NCBI GenBank assembly: GCA_964016885.1
Contig: CAXHJY010001390.1
Span: forward strand, 1-64,000
From: Eledone cirrhosa
Lineage: Eukaryota
Length of the DNA stretch: 64,000 bases
Reading direction: 5' to 3'
Shown: in pieces, positions 42,601 through 54,537 of the stretch
Layout: every line of letters starts with the position of its first letter
Position numbering within the stretch: the stretch's first letter is position 1
Notes under the pieces: generated by a model
Database searches by the model: none
What the model saw: only the letters and a program-made list of their open reading frames with translations
Told to the model about the DNA's origin: nothing
Made by a program: the position numbers and the translations under genes

Positions 42601-43398
42601 GTTTGTGTCTGTGTGTCTGTTGTTGTTGGGATGTGTGTTGTATATGTGTGTGCGTATATTGTTGCTTTTGTTTTTGTTTTTGATGCTCCAGCGTAGTTTC
42701 GTAAATGATTTTTCTATTTCTGACAGACAACTAATCATATTTACCTTCTTGAATGTCGCAAATTTGGGTGGCAGACGTAACACAGACATTTCATTATTAT
42801 CTATTTTCGTGTTTCCATAAATGTTGGTATTTTCATTGTTGAACTCTTCAGATAATGAGGTGTCGGCCATGTTGATACCGTCAATTTTGTCGGGATATCT
42901 ATTGGTATACTCTATAGTATCCCGATTTAGCTTTGCCTGTTTAAGCCACTTTAATTTTCTGTTAAAGTGCTTATTACATTCTTGAGTAATGTACTGTTCT
43001 TCGGGGCGTATAAGGCTTATAAATGTTAGTTTTTCTGCTGGTGTGGTGATTTTAGATATTTCATCTATTAGGTTACGCTTTAGTTTTTCTTGATGACTTA
43101 ATTCTCTATAGATCTTCTTTTTTATGTTTAGAATTAAAGTTCGTTTTAGCCTATCTGCTTGTTTTTTGGTGAGTTGTAATCTTCTAACGTCGGTATTGAT
43201 GGTGTTGGTGTAGATTCTAGAAGTGGTGCACAGTTTTATGAAGTGTAGTTGTCGAGATGTTATGGTTTTTCGTAGACAACAGAACATGGTGGTTTTCAGT
43301 ATCTTGTTAGCCTGGCTAAGGCTTACGATATTTCGTTTCTGAATTTGTTTAGCAAGATTCTTTATCTGAAATCGTGTGTTGAAACCGATATTGTTATA
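39610..43398 (-). CDS. PLE polyprotein: N-terminal domain, Asn/His/Thr low-complexity tract, RT, GIY-YIG
   Basis: Motifs TDKSGR, LYGLRKDHK, PTRPVC, SMDVVSLYPSI, YSRYVDD, LPVLD, CITC, NVVYSIRC, YIGETARS..ER..EH. The frame is uninterrupted. Confidence 0.93.
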   Translation of the reverse strand, partial: YNNIGFNTRFQIKNLAKQIQKRNIVSLSQANKILKTTMFCCLRKTITSRQLHFIKLCTTSRIYTNTINTDVRRLQLTKKQADRLKRTLILNIKKKIYRELSHQEKLKRNLIDEISKITTPAEKLTFISLIRPEEQYITQECNKHFNRKLKWLKQAKLNRDTIEYTNRYPDKIDGINMADTSLSEEFNNENTNIYGNTKIDNNEMSVLRLPPKFATFKKVNMISCLSEIEKSFTKLRWSIKNKNKSNNIRTHIYNTHPNNNRHTDTNNNNNNNSNIPRYNTNNSNIPRYNRHADTNNNNNTHGDNNNNNTHINNNNNSNIPRYNNRHANTNNNNNTHNNDNTHTHGDNNTHQQQHTSTTTTHTHSMPLTTTTILTNTQTQKTSNDSSTEIREIRESNRIKRSRETKDKENNQDEHTDTQNRVDNNIEPVERDRSNYERHRNNHEAEAAAVGGNRNNTTNNSTSTHKAAAWNSPFYNPSDKSFDLRRVHATTLPFNKRTQLPSQVDEQTEAQFSIAKSELRNIIEQYSKKHNRIEAQQLGEESANGLRKLMQRSRNREIACFPTDKSGRMSVDSLPNYIQAMQPHITNTREVTPQEHEDREKTLNAHMVMWTNIMQPNKRTANNFQAWNNDVPALYGLRKDHKTGWDPVAGPPTRPVCGANIASNYRLSYFLSLIIRPIIEMSPDVCDSTEDLLSRIGAGNRSGDLTNCIIGSMDVVSLYPSIDVDFAVEKCVEMISESKVEFRGIDTSELGLLLKLTHSNSYLDTYDLSNLCPTRPARGRPPTITSMAKKTHTDRWNGWTRAIRTPENHDELKKMIAHAVGASIKLTLKEHMFKFNGKTYAQEEGAAIGVSIAGDIANLFMVWWDSRHKQKLKEQLEDSLTLIMYSRYVDDINIVVKTPPLKNSQEPEKNTMESIQQIANTIHQSIRVTIDYPSRHPNHRLPVLDTELWLDTINNQKQILHSHYAKPMTSKHLIHRNSAISDHTKINILIADLIRVMRNVSRMCNPEELERHIQHFIHRMQFSGYNQRDRIRVYKGARTKWEKMVNNDINGTCPLYRSKFWNRIERTKNKANRINSWYDSNKYQSVMFINTTPRGELAYKFRRALKKHNLNIKIVERPGTSVKTLISKTYPFQRPSCIDKKCITCKISPHINCKTRNVVYSIRCTEGQCRNKNIVYIGETARSIGERINEHWRDLQDSKESSVLYQHAKIEHKGKLESIEIKIESTHKKDAMFRQITEAVSIKELKPKLNRKYEWNSNITTYN

Positions 43399-44269
43399 CC
43401 ACCGAAACTCGGCCATTTCGGACCATACCAAAATCAACATACTGATTGCGGATTTGATACGGGTGATGAGAAATGTGTCCCGCATGTGCAACCCCGAAGA
43501 ACTAGAGAGACACATACAACACTTCATCCACCGTATGCAGTTCTCTGGCTACAATCAGAGAGATAGAATCAGAGTGTATAAAGGAGCCAGAACCAAATGG
43601 GAAAAAATGGTAAATAATGACATAAATGGGACCTGCCCCTTGTATAGGAGCAAATTTTGGAATAAAATAGAAAGAACTAAGAACAAGGCCAATAGAATAA
43701 ACTCATGGTATGATAGCAATAAATACCAGAGTGTAATGTTCATCAATACAACCCCTAGAGGCGAACTAGCCTACAAATTTAGAAGGGCCCTAAAGAAACA
43801 TAATCTCAATATTAAGATAGTAGAAAGACCTGGTACCTCCGTAAAAACACTTATTAGCAAGACATACCCGTTCCAAAGACCCTCATGTATAGATAAGAAA
43901 TGTATAACCTGTAAAATAAGCCCCCATATTAACTGTAAAACTAGAAATGTAGTATATAGCATAAGATGTACTGAAGGACAATGTAGAAACAAAAATATAG
44001 TGTACATAGGTGAGACAGCTCGTAGTATAGGGGAACGAATAAATGAACACTGGCGAGACCTCCAAGATAGTAAAGAATCATCTGTGCTCTACCAACATGC
44101 TAAGATAGAACACAGGGGTAAATTAGAGAGCATAGAAATAAAAATAGAATCCACACACAAGAAAGACGCAATGTTTAGGCAAATTACAGAGGCAGTAAGC
44201 ATAAAAGAATTAAAACCAAAATTAAATAGAAAATATGAGTGGAACAGCAACATCACAACTTACAATTAA
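43399..44269 (+). pseudogene. Inverted duplicate of the PLE thumb and GIY-YIG region
   Basis: Same protein as the C-terminus of 39610-43398 except two R/K changes. Confidence 0.92.
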
Positions 44270-44566
44270 GGACAAAATGAAAACACACACACACATAGAA
44301 CAAACAACTTACAATTGAAAACACACACAAAATGAAAACACACACAAGACAAAATGAAAACACACACACACATAGAACAAACAACCAACCAACAATAAAT
44401 AAATAAATAAACAAACAAATATAAATAGAAAAATAGAAAAATGAACACAAACACACACAGACACCCGGATGTGGCGCATGCGCAAACTGAGCACGCAACC
44501 CACACACAAACAAAATGGCGTAGGATAGAAGAAAGGAAAGGCACAGAAACGAAGAAAGAAATCCCC

Positions 44567-44611
44567 AGTCACTGAAGAGGTCACAGAGTGTGTGACGAAA
44601 GAACTATGACT
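44567..44611 (+). ncRNA. Minimal type-I hammerhead in the pseudo-LTR (other copies 39268-39312 - and 50972-51015 +)
   Basis: AGTCA-CTGAAGA-G-GTCACA-GAGTG-TGTGAC-GAAA-GAAC-TA-TGACT. Confidence 0.88.
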
Positions 44612-44874
44612 ATATATATATAAACAACTATCTGGTTGTGGAACCAACCAACCAACCAGAAATTTATAAATTTGTAAATTTATAAATATATATTAAATTA
44701 AATTGAAGTGAAAGCAACTGGTGCGTGTGTTTCTTATTGGCAACATGACCCTCCCAAAGTATAACAATATCGGTTTCAACACACGATTTCAGATAAAGAA
44801 TCTTGCTAAACAAATTCAGAAACGAAATATATATAGATGCATATATATATATATGCATATATATATATATATGC

Positions 44875-44947
<73 letters not shown>

Positions 44948-44950
44948 CAT

Positions 44951-44983
<33 letters not shown>

Positions 44984-45083
44984 TATATGTACATATATGT
45001 ACATATATATATATGTATATAGATATATATATATGTATATAGATATATATAAATATATATATATATGTATATATATATATATG

Positions 45084-45155
<72 letters not shown>

Positions 45156-45179
45156 ATATATGTATATATATATATATAT

Positions 45180-45412
45180 ATGAGATAAAAAGATGGTTAA
45201 AAGAGTTCCGTGTATTTTATTATGCGCATTTCAAAAACAAATATCATCATGCAATAACATTTGCGTTTTCGTGAGATAAAATAGGGAGACATGATATGAA
45301 GGTTAAAACACACTTGTGAATATTGTGAATAGTGCAGTTTTAAATCAACATATCTACTATCCGTTATCTGCACTGCTTTATTGTACTACAATAAAACTCA
45401 CCTCCTACATTA
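45180..45412. repeat. Composite repeat fragment
   Basis: 45182-45352 is similar to 63138-63294. 45357-45410 is similar to the reverse complement of 19214-19266. Confidence 0.75.
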
Positions 45413-45414
45413 TA

Positions 45415-45629
<215 letters not shown>

Positions 45630-45644
45630 GTATATCTATCTATC

Positions 45645-46748
45645 CATCTAAGGCGGGTAAAATTCCCGAGATCCATGGACGAGTTCTCTCCAGCGGTCTC
45701 TGTCCCTCATTATCGCTGCCATATCCTGCATCTCCAACAGACCAGTGTCTGTCCTTAGGGCATCAACATATGTTAACCTTGGTCTTCCTCTTCTAGTGTG
45801 TCCATGTAGGGGCTCCCAAAGGAGCACTGAGTGCAATGTCAACTCTGGATGTCGGTGAGCATGTCCAGCCAACCTCAGTCTCCTCTGTGTCACTTTTGAG
45901 CTGACTCTTGGGATGCTCCCATACAGCTCTGAGTTTTTCATCCTCAGTGTATACTGATTAATGTTCAGAGCCATCCTCAACATTCTCGTGTAGCACCCAT
46001 CCACCATCTGAGTGAGATTCTTGGTCAGTGTCCAAGTCTCAGACCCATACAGCAGCACAGACTCCACTACAGCAATGAAGAGGAGGATATTAGAGGGAGC
46101 TAGAGCAAAGTGCCTTCCTGCGGTCATGGTTTTCATTGACTTTAGGAAGGCCTTTGATTCCGTGGACCGTTACTGCCTGATGAAGATCTTACAGGCTTAT
46201 GGAATCCCCAAGAGGATAGTGGACCTGATATCACTGCTCTACACCAACACCAAAGCCCAAGTCATTACACCTGATGGGATGACAGAGTTCTTTGAGATAC
46301 TGGCTGGAGTGCTCCAGGGAGATACATTGGCTCCCTACCTTTTTATCATCGTAGTGGACTATTGTATGCGCCTTGCACTGGAGAAACACCAGGACTCTGG
46401 CTTTACTGTAGCACCGGCTCAGAGCAGGAGAATTGGGGCGAAAAAGGTATCGGATGCTGAATTTGCCGACGACATAGTTTTGGTGACAAATACAGTGAAG
46501 GAGGCAGAGGATTTGATGCGGGAGGATGAGACTGTGTCGATGAGAGTGGGGCTGAGAATGAATGAGACTAAAACAAAATATCTGGTAGAGAATGTTGAGA
46601 AGCCAGAGGGGATCACTAATGTAGGCGGGAAGCCGCTGGAATTGGTTGAGGACTTCCTGTATTTGGGAGCAAAGATTGGGAATACGGAGGATGATGTGGT
46701 TGAGAGGAAGAGCAAGGCCTGGGCGGCGTGCCACAGCTTGAGATCGGT
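45645..46748. mobile_element. Second RTE-type LINE family, 5'-inverted insertion
   Basis: Minus strand 45648-46078: VESVLLYGSETW...RRLRLAGH...GRPR. Plus strand ~46078-46748: FIDFRKAFDSV, GVLQGDTLAP, FADD, FLYLG. Confidence 0.9.
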
Positions 46749-49700
46749 AATTTAACACCAACACAACCACCAATAACTCAAACAAGGAATCCACAAATCT
46801 GCCGTTTTTCCCTGCGAGACAGATTGTGTTTAGACCGGGATTGTCCCTTTACCCATCTCCCGGGGACCCGTCGGATAAATGAAAATAAAATTAAAAATAA
46901 AAGCAAAAACAAAAACCATAACCTACATAAAAATAACCACTACCACAGTCACCAACAGTCTTCTAAACAGGAAACTTCTTCCTCTTTTTTAGCCATAATG
47001 AATCTGGCAAAAGAACTGGAAAAAAACATTCGAGCTATCACCCAGCACCACCCTCCACTATCACCCCACTGCACAAACTCCCATTGCTGCCATTAACAAA
47101 CAAACAAATTAACAACACACCAAAACAATTAAAACCATCCACTCTCGCCTCTACATTTTTGCTTAACGCCCAAGGCATCAGCCCTTCCACCAATACTCAA
47201 AAATGGAAGATCAAATTCCTGGAGGACTGGATTGATGTCCATCCAAACCACATCCCTTTCTTCGTCCTCACTGAAACCCATCTCAGTAACCTCCACTTGG
47301 AAGCCGAGGTGAAAGTGAAAAATTTCAAAGCCATCCGTGCTGATCGCGCTGGCAGAAGAAAGGGCGGAACTGCCATTTATGTCCATAATTCTTTCTCAAC
47401 AGAGGCTATGAACATATTCACTAATGGATACTGTGAGGCAGTCACTGTATTCAGTCAAACCAACAACCTATTAGTAGTTGGGCTCTATAGGCCACCCCAA
47501 ACGCCTGTACCATGCTTCAAGGAATGCCTCAACAGCATAAAGTGTTTCATCCAAGAGTGTCACCCTGACAACATCTTAATGATGGGGGACTTCAACCTCC
47601 CCGGAGTTGACTGGTCCACAAACACCCTGCCACCAGGTTCTTCTGCCTCAACCTCTGACAGGGAAGCTGTGGAATCGCTTCTTGACTTCATGGATGATTT
47701 CTTCCTATCCCAACTAGTGCTCGAACCAACGAGGTGCCACAAAAACGTCCTAGACTTAATTTTCAGCAATCACACTGACAATATCCACAATATTGCAGTG
47801 GAGAAAACTCTACTCTCTGATCATGACATGGTTCTCTGTGATCTGAGATTCCACCGTCCAATATACAAACCCAATGTCATTTCTCCTGTCCATCCGTTTG
47901 ACGCTATGGATTTCCACAATGCAAACTGGGAAGCGATCAGTCATGATCTTGCACATGTCGACTGGTCCTTCACGCACACTCATACACCCACTAACATCAA
48001 AAAGTCCTGGCAGACATTTGTGGACACTGTTACAAACATATGTGCTAAACACACCCCATTAAGAACTATAAACAAATCTAAGAGCAGAATCCCTAGAAAT
48101 AGAAAAACACTCATCAGAAAAATTAAGAGAACGAACAAAAAAATCAACAAGCTGAAATACTGTCAGCAGCAACACATCAACTTGACTGCCATTTCATCAC
48201 TAGAGATTAAAAAACATAACCTCCAAAACAACATAATGTCCCTCATCAACAATCAGAGAAGAGCTGAAGAGGCCTGGGCCATTGAGAAGATCAAACTCAA
48301 TCCCAAAGTGTTCTTTTCATTTGCAAAAAAACACAAAATCACTGGCTCTACTGTTGGCCCTCTAATTGATGAAAATGGCACTCTTCAAGACAATGCTAAA
48401 ACCATGGGTGAGATACTGCAGAAACAATACTGCTCTGTTTTCAGCAATCCTGATATGGCCGATCTGGGCTGTATCGGCGATGTTACTCCCCATTACACCT
48501 TATCGGACATAACGTTTGGCGCCCCTGATGTCTTGGCGGCAATAAAGGAAATCAAGCATAATTCAGCAGTAGGTCCCGATAGGTTCCCTGCTTGTGTCTT
48601 GAAGGCGTGTCAACACCAACTTGCTTCTCCTCTTGCCAATCTGTGGCGGAACTCACTGGATGCTGGATATGTGCCAGAAAACCTTCTATCCCAGTCTGTT
48701 GTCCCAGTTTTCAAAAAGGGAAACAAATCCCTTGCCGTGAATTACCGTCCAATCTCACTCACCTCTCATATCATTAAGGTATTTGAGCGAGTGGTGAGAT
48801 CGCGAATGACCCACTTCCTTGAGAGTAACAATATGCTGAACTCCAACCAGCATGGATTCCGTAATGGAAGGGATTGCCTGACGCAACTACTGCATCACTT
48901 TGATGACATTTTGAGAGCCTTGGGAGAGGGTTCCAACACTGATGTTATCTACCTTGATTTCAGCAAGGCCTTTGACAGGGTTGATCATAACATTCTACTG
49001 AGAAAGCTGTCCAATATTGGTGTCACTGGAAAGCTGCTGCAGTGGATCAAGAGCTTCCTGTCAAACAGAACCCAACATGTTGTAGTTGAGGGAGTCAAAT
49101 CAAGCCCAGCCAAAGTCAGTAGTGGAGTCCCACAAGGCACTGTGTTGGGCCCACTTCTCTTCATCATCTATATTAATGACATCACTGACATCATCAAACA
49201 CAGCAACATTAAAATTTTCGCTGATGATTCCAAGCTCCAAAAGGTCATCAATGGCGTGGATGACCGGATAAGCCTTCAGTCAGACCTACTGGCTGTTACC
49301 CAATGGGCAGAAAAGAACAACATGCTACTGAACGAAGACAAATTCGAACTGATCCACTTTGGAAAAGAGGATGCTCTGAAACTCCCGTACTCCCTTCCCT
49401 CCGGGGAAACTCTCGTGGCATCTAACAACATCAGAGACTTGGGAGTAACCGTGGACAGCAACATAAGCTGGACCACGCATATAAGCAGCAAAGTTGACAT
49501 GGCCCGCAGAATGTGTTCCTGGATCCTCAGAACCTTCCAGTCGAGAGATTCCCGCACCATTATCCTTCTCTTCTCTACTTTCGCCCGACCACACCTTGAA
49601 TACTGTTGTCCACTGTGGTCTCCCCACACGAAACAAAGTATCATGAAACTTGAAGCTCCTCAAAGGGCAATCACGAAAAAGATAGATGGCATGTCAGACC

Positions 49701-50198
49701 TTGACTACTGGGGTCGATTGGAAAACCTGAAACTTTACTCACTCCAACGTCGCCGTGAGCGTTATATTATCTGCATGATGTGGAAAATGTTCCATCATCA
49801 CTGCCCAAATGATGTTGGCATCGCCTTCAAGATACACCCAAGGCTTGGGCCCCGTGCTATCCGTCCCATTCAAAAATCTAAATCGCAACTCATAACAACA
49901 ATACGGCACAATTATTTCACCTCAATCGGCCCTGCTCTCTTCAACATCACACCAGGACACGTCAAAACAGAAACTGACCACACAAAATTCAAGAAGTCTT
50001 TGGACAAATTCCTCCAAGTAATCCCGGACAAACCACCCACACCCGGATATGTCTCCGCAAACAGTAATTCTCTTCTCGAATGGGCCATGGTGCCCAAATC
50101 CTGAATTGAAAGACTTCGCCAGGTGGTGCTATTAAGTTAGACATGGCCTGGGCCAATACTGGCCAAAACATTTCAAAGTTATTCAAAGTTCAAAGTTA
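46749..50198 (+). mobile_element. CR1/L2-group LINE copy 2, 5'-truncated within ORF1
   Basis: Nearly identical to copy 1. Tail TTCAAAGTTATTCAAAGTTCAAAGTT is followed by (TA)n. Confidence 0.95.
47084..50104 (+). CDS. Intact LINE ORF2 (APE + RT), 1006 aa, with no AUG before the endonuclease motifs
   Basis: All APE motifs (NAQG, TETH, YRPP, GDFN, SDH) and RT motifs are intact. The frame is open from 46967. Confidence 0.95.
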   Translation: MLPLTNKQINNTPKQLKPSTLASTFLLNAQGISPSTNTQKWKIKFLEDWIDVHPNHIPFFVLTETHLSNLHLEAEVKVKNFKAIRADRAGRRKGGTAIYVHNSFSTEAMNIFTNGYCEAVTVFSQTNNLLVVGLYRPPQTPVPCFKECLNSIKCFIQECHPDNILMMGDFNLPGVDWSTNTLPPGSSASTSDREAVESLLDFMDDFFLSQLVLEPTRCHKNVLDLIFSNHTDNIHNIAVEKTLLSDHDMVLCDLRFHRPIYKPNVISPVHPFDAMDFHNANWEAISHDLAHVDWSFTHTHTPTNIKKSWQTFVDTVTNICAKHTPLRTINKSKSRIPRNRKTLIRKIKRTNKKINKLKYCQQQHINLTAISSLEIKKHNLQNNIMSLINNQRRAEEAWAIEKIKLNPKVFFSFAKKHKITGSTVGPLIDENGTLQDNAKTMGEILQKQYCSVFSNPDMADLGCIGDVTPHYTLSDITFGAPDVLAAIKEIKHNSAVGPDRFPACVLKACQHQLASPLANLWRNSLDAGYVPENLLSQSVVPVFKKGNKSLAVNYRPISLTSHIIKVFERVVRSRMTHFLESNNMLNSNQHGFRNGRDCLTQLLHHFDDILRALGEGSNTDVIYLDFSKAFDRVDHNILLRKLSNIGVTGKLLQWIKSFLSNRTQHVVVEGVKSSPAKVSSGVPQGTVLGPLLFIIYINDITDIIKHSNIKIFADDSKLQKVINGVDDRISLQSDLLAVTQWAEKNNMLLNEDKFELIHFGKEDALKLPYSLPSGETLVASNNIRDLGVTVDSNISWTTHISSKVDMARRMCSWILRTFQSRDSRTIILLFSTFARPHLEYCCPLWSPHTKQSIMKLEAPQRAITKKIDGMSDLDYWGRLENLKLYSLQRRRERYIICMMWKMFHHHCPNDVGIAFKIHPRLGPRAIRPIQKSKSQLITTIRHNYFTSIGPALFNITPGHVKTETDHTKFKKSLDKFLQVIPDKPPTPGYVSANSNSLLEWAMVPKS

Positions 50199-50238
50199 TA
50201 TATATATTTATATATATATATATGTATATATATATATT

Positions 50239-50291
<53 letters not shown>

Positions 50292-50306
50292 ATGTATATA
50301 TATATA

Positions 50307-51650
<1,344 letters not shown>

Positions 51651-51853
51651 GGGACTCTGAATTATTATTTCGTTGTAGTTTCTTTAGTATTTTGGCCACC
51701 ACTTGTTGATCTGTCACCGTAAGATATACTCGGTTGATTACTACTAACTCTTAAAATGGTCTCATTATAATTCCGTCCCACCTAGTAAACTTTTCTATAG
51801 TTTAGCAGTACCAGTGAGAGATTGATGACTGTCGTTAGAGAATAGTAACCAGA

Positions 51854-52474
<621 letters not shown>

Positions 52475-52501
52475 ATATATATATATATATATATATTTAT
52501 G

Positions 52502-52572
<71 letters not shown>

Positions 52573-52719
52573 GTTAAAATACTGGAGCGTGTTGGAGTTA
52601 AACACCATCTTCGTATTATAGAAATGACAGTAAAAGGTATAGCTCAATGTAGTTAAACAGAGCCGAAAAATTAAGAGAGTAAAACAAAGAAGCCTTCAAT
52701 ACATCAAAAGTCTTTATTA

Positions 52720-52757
52720 GCCGACAATGTTTCGTCCTATTAAGGACTCATCAGGGC
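52720..52757 (-). ncRNA. Canonical minimal type-I hammerhead
   Basis: GCC-CTGATGA-GTCC-TTAATA-GGAC-GAAA-CATTG-TC-GGC. Confidence 0.9.
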
Positions 52758-54537
52758 AATTCAAACAACAAGAAGTAATAACGGCAGATACAAGCCAGAA
52801 GCTCCGAAGAATATGGAGTGTACATATACTAATGTATTGCAAAAATATATAATAAAAATAATAAAAATATATAATGAAAATTACTAAGGATGTATGTGAC
52901 ATTAAGAACCATATTACAAATATAGTCCAGAGCAAAAAAAACCTAGAGCTAGACAAAGGTGGTTATATAGATCAGGAATCATATATAATATAATGTAATA
53001 TAATATAATTATACTTTTACCAACATTAAAGTTACAATGGAAAATCAAAAGGTACATTATGCATATGTATATATGTGTGCACACACACACACACATACAC
53101 CTACAACAATACACACATCTATCTTCAACTGCACAAATTTAACCTTATCAAGAGTTTGAATATGAAAATGAGCATGATAGGAATGAGAATAATAATAATG
53201 ATAATACTAATACATCTACCCAATATACATGGGGTAATAATATGATATAATTATAAGTAGCATATATAATCAATAATAAACAATACAATTATATACTATA
53301 TAATACAATATAATAGAATGGATAATCTCCGGTTAATTTACACAAACAATATAGATGTCACAATAATAATATAATTATAATATAATATAACATACCAAGA
53401 TGTATAATATACAATATACTAACACTTATAATCAACAATATATAAGTTAACAAATCAATTCATATTGGGTTACAGAGTAGGCGAGGAAAAATAAATAAAT
53501 TGTACAATATCCCCAAAGGAATTTTGTTGGTACAAAAATACAAAGATCCTACATGATATATAAAGTTTAACATATCATAATGTTACATATAATTAACGGT
53601 AAGTGATAAGGATCAATATTACAATAAAAAATACAATATAATATAATATATTATATAAAATAAGTTAACATAATATAATATATAATTACTTATAATTACA
53701 AGGTTGGTAGACATACATATATATGGATGAGTGAGTAAATGCCAGACAGTAAATGCAATGCACAATATTAATAAAATATACAGTATAAAATAAATAAATA
53801 GAATCACCCGGAGATTAAAAAACAAAAACAAACGTATGCATTTAGGTCTCACATGCAGTTAAGTATTTAAGTATTTAAGTAAAACCTAAGGAAATAACAC
53901 GTGAAAATGACTCGAAAACCCTATTTGATAAATTAATATTAAAAATATTTAAACTATCTAATAAGGCAGTATAATATTAGCTATAGTTTAAGTAAATTAA
54001 AGTTTATAAACATTAATTAATATTTCGTTACAAATGTTTACAAAAAGGAATGAAAATTTTTTCCTATCATATACATAACAGATACCTAAAAAATGACTTA
54101 AGCAGTATTAAGGTAGGCCAATAGGGACAGAAATTAAGAAATATATGGAGGATGCAAAGGGGCATAAATATAGTCGATATACTATATTACTTAATAGAAA
54201 GGAGCGTAAAAGAGGGGGGGTGTTAAATATAATCATAGTCAATTTGAGGGGATGACAATAAGTTTATGTGCGCATGGGGGGGGGGGGGGGGGTTATCCAA
54301 AGAAGAATCCGAATAAAAATAAAAATGAAAGTAAAAATAAAAATAAAAATAAAATAAATAGCGTAAAATATATAATCTTATATAATTCAAAAGGTGTAAT
54401 AGTGAAAATCTAATGCGTTAGAAGACAGATATGGTACAGTAGCCAAAAGATTATGAGGGCTAAAATAAAGAGTCATCAAAAACCAATGGTAATAATGATG
54501 ATAATAATAATGACGTTGGCAAACAAAGGAACCTAAA

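Noticed and set aside
43399-43527. First 43 aa of the 1305-aa ORF as a genuine N-terminus
   Set aside because: It is the antisense strand of the inverted duplicate; the native start is MTLPK in the pseudo-LTR.
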